Assembly: GCA_963728205.1 (NCBI GenBank)
Contig: CAVSIV010000001.1
Location: forward strand, 96,001-160,000
Direction: 5' to 3'
DNA: 64,000 nucleotides
From: an uncultured Chloroflexia bacterium
Lineage (GTDB): Bacteria; Chloroflexota; Dehalococcoidia; UBA2979
Positions within the stretch are counted from its first letter, which is position 1. Each line of letters opens with the position of its first letter. A program made the translations under genes and the position numbers. The notes under the pieces were generated by a model. It saw only the letters and a list, made by a program, of their open reading frames with translations. It was not told the DNA's origin and ran no database searches. Shown here in pieces: positions 59,522 to 64,000 of this stretch.

Positions 59522-60283
59522 CTACTTCACCACCGTCGTCTGGAACGGGACCTCCGCGGCGTCCACCGTCGCGTGCACGCTTCCGTCCGCGTCGCGCGGT
59601 GGGTTGTGCAGGACCAGCGACTGCGGCGTCTCGTAGTGGAACCCGTCGGCCGCGACGCGAAACGCGCGGTCGTGGCCCGGGTACACCATGGCGCAGGTGT
59701 CGATGATGCGGCGCGCGCTGCGGCGTGCCTGCTCCTCGTCGTGGAACACGAGCCGGGCGGAGGGGACCGCCGCCGCGGCGGCCGCGCGCGACGGCAGCGC
59801 GTCGCCGACCATGCCGGCGACGCCGCCCGCCGTCTCGACGAGCACCGCCATGCTGCCCGGGCTGTGCCCGGGCGCGGCCATCACGCGCACGCCCGGCTCG
59901 AGCTCCTCCCCGTCGCCGACGGTCGCAACCGCGCGGCAGCGCCGCAGGATGTCCGCCATGTACGCGGGCGTCGCCCAGTCGTGCGCGCGCGGCGACTGGG
60001 CGTACTCGTACTCGTCGCGGTGCAGGACGACCTCGGCGTTCGGGAAGTGCAGCAGGTTGAGCGCGTGATCCCAGTGCGCGTGCGTGAGGACGACGCGGTC
60101 GACGCCCTCCGGCGTCACGCCGAGCGCCGCCAGTCGCGCGACCAGCAGCTCGCGGCGCGCGTGGTAGCCGACGTCGACGAGCGTCGTGCGCTCGCCGCGC
60201 AGCAGCGTGACGCCGCAGTACGAGAGCGAGCCCTCGCTGGTGGTGGTCGAGAAGCCCTGCAGGACGACGTCGATCTGTGGCAT
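59522..60283 (-). CDS. Metallo-beta-lactamase-fold hydrolase
   Basis: LVDVG, THAHWDH (HxHxDH), PGHSPG, GDA, YPGHD. Confidence 0.9.
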   Translation of the reverse strand: MPQIDVVLQGFSTTTSEGSLSYCGVTLLRGERTTLVDVGYHARRELLVARLAALGVTPEGVDRVVLTHAHWDHALNLLHFPNAEVVLHRDEYEYAQSPRAHDWATPAYMADILRRCRAVATVGDGEELEPGVRVMAAPGHSPGSMAVLVETAGGVAGMVGDALPSRAAAAAAVPSARLVFHDEEQARRSARRIIDTCAMVYPGHDRAFRVAADGFHYETPQSLVLHNPPRDADGSVHATVDAAEVPFQTTVVK

Positions 60284-60599
60284 GCGCACCCCCGGTCGCG
60301 CCGCAGGGTAGGGGATCGCCGCGTCGCGAGGCGCGCTCCTCACGCCCCGTGCGGGCGATCGCCCGAGCGATCTCCGCCTCGGACAACCCGGGCTCCGACC
60401 GCAACCCATCGGGGGTGTGCTTGCCGAGCCGCGGCGGCGGCAGCGGAGCGGGCAGGCGTGCGCGCGAGAAGGACCACGGCTGCCGGCGTAGCGGTGCGTG
60501 CCGGTTCGCCTCCGGGCGCGGCGTTCATCAGGGCGAAACATAACTCTGCGTACGATGCCCGCAGGGTTCCGGGACGACCGAAGTGATCGGAGGCGTGGC

Positions 60600-60938
60600 A
60601 TGCGGAGCAACTGTGGCTGGGCGCAGCTCATGGACGCGAGCAGCGAGCGGCCGGTCGCGCGCGGGCGGGTCTTCGTTTCGGCGTGCGCCGAAGTAGTCGT
60701 CACGCGCGAGCAGCGATGCGACTGGGAGGGCGAGATCGACCTCGTGCGGCCGGACCGCCGCGCGCTGACCGATGGCCTCTACACGCTCTGGTTCGAGGAC
60801 GGACGCGAGCAGCGCCGGGTCCGCGTCGACGACGTGGCGATGCAGGCGGCGCCGTCGGGCGCCCGCGCATCTGCGCGCCTGAGCAGCATGGACTCCGAGG
60901 CGCCGTCGCTGATCACCGAGCTCGGCGGCGAGCAGTAG
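60600..60938 (+). CDS. Hypothetical protein
   Basis: GGAGG upstream of ATG 60600, coding-like codon usage, non-repetitive 112-aa product; no family recognised. Confidence 0.55.
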   Translation: MRSNCGWAQLMDASSERPVARGRVFVSACAEVVVTREQRCDWEGEIDLVRPDRRALTDGLYTLWFEDGREQRRVRVDDVAMQAAPSGARASARLSSMDSEAPSLITELGGEQ

Positions 60939-61007
60939 CGCGGGCCGCGCCGTCGACCGCCACCGCGTCCTGCCCGCCCTCGCCCATTCAGCCGCGACCG
61001 AACGGCG

Positions 61008-61095
61008 AGCCGCGGGCATCCCCCGGCGGCTCGCCGGTCCCGCCCCCGCCCTCCTCCACACGAAACGAGCCGCCCGTATTCCCGGGCGGCTCGCC
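61008..61095. repeat. Two REP family 3-like hairpins between convergent genes
   Basis: AGCCGCGGGCATCCCCGGCGGCTCGCC and AGCCGCCCGTATTCCCGGGCGGCTCGCC. Confidence 0.55.
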
Positions 61096-61116
61096 TGTCG
61101 TGCCCGGCGAACGCGC

Positions 61117-61794
61117 CTACCGGCGCGACCCGCCGAAGATGCGGAGCAGGAAGAGGAAGAGGTTGATGATGTCGAGGTAGATGGCGAGGGTGATCACCAC
61201 CGCGTTGCCCATCGTGTCCTCGACGTAGCGCGTGCGGTTGACCTCGAACACCAGCAACACGCTGAACAGGCCGGCGCCGATCCAGCTGATCAGGCCGCTG
61301 AGCATGGTCCCGCCGACGAAGATGTTGAGGATCATCGCGCCGACCAGGCCGAGCAGTCCCATGAACAGGTAGGGGCCGAGGCCGGACAGGTCGCGCTTCG
61401 TCGTGAGCGCGTAGGCCGAGAGGCCGACGGTCATGACGCCGGTCGTCATGCCGGCCTGGAGCACGACGCCGCCGAGGCCGGCGCCGACGTACGCCATGAT
61501 GATCGGCCCGAGCGTCATGCCCGAGACGAAGGCGAAGGCGTAGAGCAGGACGAGGTTGATGCCCTCGCGGTTGCGCAGGCCCTGCACCGCGAAGATCAGG
61601 CCGAACTCGAGCAGCAGCAGCGGCAGCATCCAGCCCGGGCCAAGGGCCGCGCCGATCACGCCCCCGACCGCCGCGAAGGCGAACGAGAACGCGAGCAGGG
61701 CGAAGACCTTGCCGAGCAGCGTGCCCGCCAGCTCGCCGGAGACCGTCCCGAAGGACGCGCGCCGGATGCGCTCCGGCTGCTCCTGGTACGACAT
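61117..61794 (-). CDS. Bax inhibitor-1/YccA-family membrane protein
   Basis: Seven TM helices, SGMTLGPI, TKRDLS, C-terminal IYLDIINLFLFLLRIFG; RBS AAGGAG. Confidence 0.92.
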   Translation of the reverse strand: MSYQEQPERIRRASFGTVSGELAGTLLGKVFALLAFSFAFAAVGGVIGAALGPGWMLPLLLLEFGLIFAVQGLRNREGINLVLLYAFAFVSGMTLGPIIMAYVGAGLGGVVLQAGMTTGVMTVGLSAYALTTKRDLSGLGPYLFMGLLGLVGAMILNIFVGGTMLSGLISWIGAGLFSVLLVFEVNRTRYVEDTMGNAVVITLAIYLDIINLFLFLLRIFGGSRR

Positions 61795-61913
61795 ACGTGG
61801 CTCTCCTTGTCGCGAACGAACTGCTCGAAGTGTACCCGCGCGGGCGGGCGTGCGCGTGAACGGTCTGTGAACCTTCACAGGGATCGGCGCGTCGCGGCGC
61901 GGGCACTCCGCGG

Positions 61914-61964
61914 CACAGCGGCGGCAGACGTGCCGCCGACAGGCGCGCGGCGCCAGCCGCGGAC
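61914..61964. repeat. Truncated REP family 1 element (one arm plus part of the spacer)
   Basis: CACAGCGGCGGCAGACGTGCCGCCGACAGGCGCGCGGCGCCAGCCGCGGAC. Confidence 0.75.
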
Positions 61965-61981
61965 GCAGCGCCGCACAACGA

Positions 61982-62009
61982 AAGAGCCCGGCGCTTGCGC
62001 CGGGCTCTT
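61982..62009 (-). terminator. Intrinsic terminator after the RRM gene
   Basis: AAGAGCCCGGCGC-TT-GCGCCGGGCTCTT hairpin, with TTTCGTT tail on the minus strand. Confidence 0.7.
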
Positions 62010-62070
62010 CGAGTTGCTTCCGATGGGTCACCCGAGCCCGCGAGGGCTCCGACCGGAACGCGCGACTGAC

Positions 62071-62463
62071 TTAGCGGCGACCGCCGCCGTAGCCACCGCC
62101 GCCGCTGCGGCCGCCGCCGTAACCACCGCCGCCGCCGCCACCATAGCCACCGCCGCCGCCGCTGCGGCCGCCGCCGCCGCCGAAGCCGCCGCGGGCGCCG
62201 CCGGCCTCACGCGGCCGTGCCTCGTTCACGTTGAGGGAGCGCCCGCCGAAGTCCTTGCCGTTGAGCGCGGCAATCGCCTTCGTGGCGTCCTCGTTCGACA
62301 TCTCCACGAAGCCGAAGCCCCGGGGACGCCCCGTCTCACGGTCGGTCGGGAGGGCGACGGAAACGACTTCGCCGTATGCGGCGAACAGTTCCTCGACCTC
62401 GGCCTCCGTCGCGCTGAACGGCAGGTTGCCCACATAGATCTTCTGAACCAACTGAACCTTCAC
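62071..62463 (-). CDS. RRM (RNP-1) RNA-binding protein with Gly-rich tail
   Basis: RNP-2 IYVGNLP, RNP-1 [22 protein letters not shown] repeats; true start may be TTG at 62451. Confidence 0.93.
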   Translation of the reverse strand: MKVQLVQKIYVGNLPFSATEAEVEELFAAYGEVVSVALPTDRETGRPRGFGFVEMSNEDATKAIAALNGKDFGGRSLNVNEARPREAGGARGGFGGGGGRSGGGGGYGGGGGGGYGGGRSGGGGYGGGRR

Positions 62464-62795
62464 TCCTTGTCGGCCTGACGCCGACCCCGGACCGGCCTCA
62501 CGGCGCGGTCATCATCGAGTCACTTGCCCATGCCGGGTGGCACGGTCCCATCCAATCTCAGACGCTACGTGGAAGCTCGGGTGAAGGGCGACCAGCGGGC
62601 GGGGCTGAGTGGGCACCGATTGCTCGATGCTCCGATTCAGCGTAGCACGCGCGGGTCCGTTAGGGGCCCGCAAGCAGACGTGAATTCTCTCGCAAACCGC
62701 CGGGGATCGACGCCGTTGGCCGTCCGCGATCCGCTGCCGGGTACGCCGTACGCCGCGCGTCGTGCCGCGATGTCGCGCCGGCGCCACGCGGACCG

Positions 62796-63332
62796 CTATC
62801 GCGCCGCGAACGTCGCGGTCAGGCCGTTCGCCAGCTGCGTCTTCTCGGCGGTGGTGAGCTTCGCCGACGGATGCATCCACACGTAGTAGCTCGGCGGCAT
62901 CGACCCGCGGTCGATGACCCGCGCGACCTCGCGCGTGTGCTCGCCGCCCGCGCCCACGGCGGTCCACTCCGAGAAGTTGAGCGCACCGCGCCCGCCGCTC
63001 ACGTCGTTCTGCACCAGCCACGACACCGGCGCGATGTTCGAGTACCAGGGCCACCTCCCCTGGTTGCTGTGGCAGTCGAAGCACGCCCGCACCGCGAGGT
63101 CGCGCGTCTGCGGGCCGTCCCACACCGGCTCCTGCACGACGGCCGGGTTGGAGTGGAACCAGCCGTACGGCAGCAGCTGCGCGCCGACGCCGAGGACCAC
63201 GCCGAGCACCACCAGCGAGAGCACGAGCGGCACCGGCCGGCGCTCCGTGCCGAGGCGGCGGAGCCGCGGCCACCACCAGCGCGCGGTCACGACGAGGAGG
63301 GAGAGACAGGCGAGACGGAAGATCGACCACAT
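62796..63332 (-). CDS. Haem-binding-domain (c-type cytochrome) membrane protein
   Basis: RACFDCHSN (CxxCH), WPWYSNIAPVSW, LNFSEW, MPPSYY.WMHP.AKLT. Confidence 0.87.
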   Translation of the reverse strand: MWSIFRLACLSLLVVTARWWWPRLRRLGTERRPVPLVLSLVVLGVVLGVGAQLLPYGWFHSNPAVVQEPVWDGPQTRDLAVRACFDCHSNQGRWPWYSNIAPVSWLVQNDVSGGRGALNFSEWTAVGAGGEHTREVARVIDRGSMPPSYYVWMHPSAKLTTAEKTQLANGLTATFAAR

Positions 63333-63433
63333 GCGACGAACGTAGCGACGCGCCCGATTGCGTTCCTCGGCCATTCGGCCCGGCGCGGCCGGGACCGACG
63401 GCCCGTCCCCCGGGGGCCGCGCCCGGCGTCCGG

Positions 63434-63557
63434 GCGCGCGGCATGCTTCTCGCGTGCCGTGTGCAGTGGCCACCCCCTCCCCGAGAGCGTGAGATGGCTG
63501 CCTCCGACCGCGCGAGCCGGCGCCTGGACACGGCGGGCCTGAAGCCCGCCGCGCGCC
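63434..63557. repeat. REP family 2 inverted doublet
   Basis: GCGCGCGGCATGCTT..GTGCCGTG ... CACGGCGGGCCTGAAGCCCGCCGCGCGC. Confidence 0.7.
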
Positions 63558-63650
63558 GGGGGCTTCCCCCCGGCGCCGCGGAATCGTGATGATGGATGCG
63601 CCCGCGAAGCGGCCGTCGCCACGGCGCCGGCGCCGGCGAAGGGAGCGCGC

Positions 63651-64000
63651 GTGTCCACCACCCCGAGCGCCATCGAGACCCGCGCCCTCACGAAGTCGTA
63701 CGGCGAGCGCCGCGGCGTCTTCGACCTCGACCTCGCCGTGGCGGAGGGCGAGATTCCACGGCTTCCTCGGCCCCAACGGCGCCGGCAAGACGACGGCGAT
63801 CCGCCTGCTGCTCGACCTCATTCGCCCCGACCGCGGCGCGGCGACGATCTTCGGCCACGACTGCCGCGACGAGGCGACGGCCGTGCACGCGCTCGTCGGC
63901 TACCTGCCGGGCGAGTTCTCGCTCGACGCCCGCCTCACCGGCCGCCAGCTCGTCACGTACCTCGGCAACCTGCGCGGCCCGATCGACTGGGGGGAGGTCG
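63651..64000 (+). CDS. ABC transporter ATP-binding protein, 5' part (runs off window; one-base frameshift near 63754)
   Basis: Read by eye: [23 protein letters not shown] / [30 protein letters not shown]; paralog of 20137..21036. Confidence 0.85.
   Translation, partial: MSTTPSAIETRALTKSYGERRGVFDLDLAVAEGEIPRLPRPQRRRQDDGDPPAARPHSPRPRRGDDLRPRLPRRGDGRARARRLPAGRVLARRPPHRPPARHVPRQPARPDRLGGG

Noticed and set aside
3515-62031. Recurrent peptides QRRQICRRQ, SAAYLPPL, AAADMPPT and CRRHICRR in many ORFs, suggesting a protein family
   Set aside because: They are translations of the REP family 1 DNA palindrome in different frames, mostly as spurious N-terminal extensions of real genes.
62071-62210. GCC/CCG microsatellite-like run
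   Set aside because: It encodes the ordinary Gly-rich tail of the RRM protein.

Overview
Very GC-rich bacterial DNA. The TAT-lipoprotein peptide-ABC binder, tandem CaiB, thiolase/DUF35 pair and RRM protein suggest Chloroflexota (Dehalococcoidia-like); this is inference only. The flanks (1-32.3 kb and 50.8-64 kb) carry transport, CoA-metabolism, signalling and regulatory genes. Their intergenic gaps, and the insides of at least two genes, are filled with four families of short palindromic REP/REPIN-like repeats. The centre (about 32.4-50.84 kb) is a visibly less GC-rich, repeat-free defence island. It holds a NucS-like nuclease, a GmrSD-like DUF262-DUF1524 gene and a complete class I DISARM operon (drmD-drmMI-drmA-drmB-drmC). 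Facing it is a stand-alone SRA/YDG domain, a C5 cytosine methyltransferase and Vsr, directly downstream of a TM0106 nuclease-helicase and a hicA-hicB-DUF2442 cluster. Almost every island gene is frameshifted many times as sequenced, probably from uncorrected long-read error, though decay cannot be excluded. The most unusual observations are the augmented DISARM island, palindromic elements inserted inside proteins, a nested REPIN whose central 34 bp occurs in both orientations, and an uncharacterised lipoprotein/TiaS-like/ECF-S operon. No rRNA, tRNA, CRISPR array, integrase or transposase was seen. All family assignments are from motif recognition by eye, not database searches.
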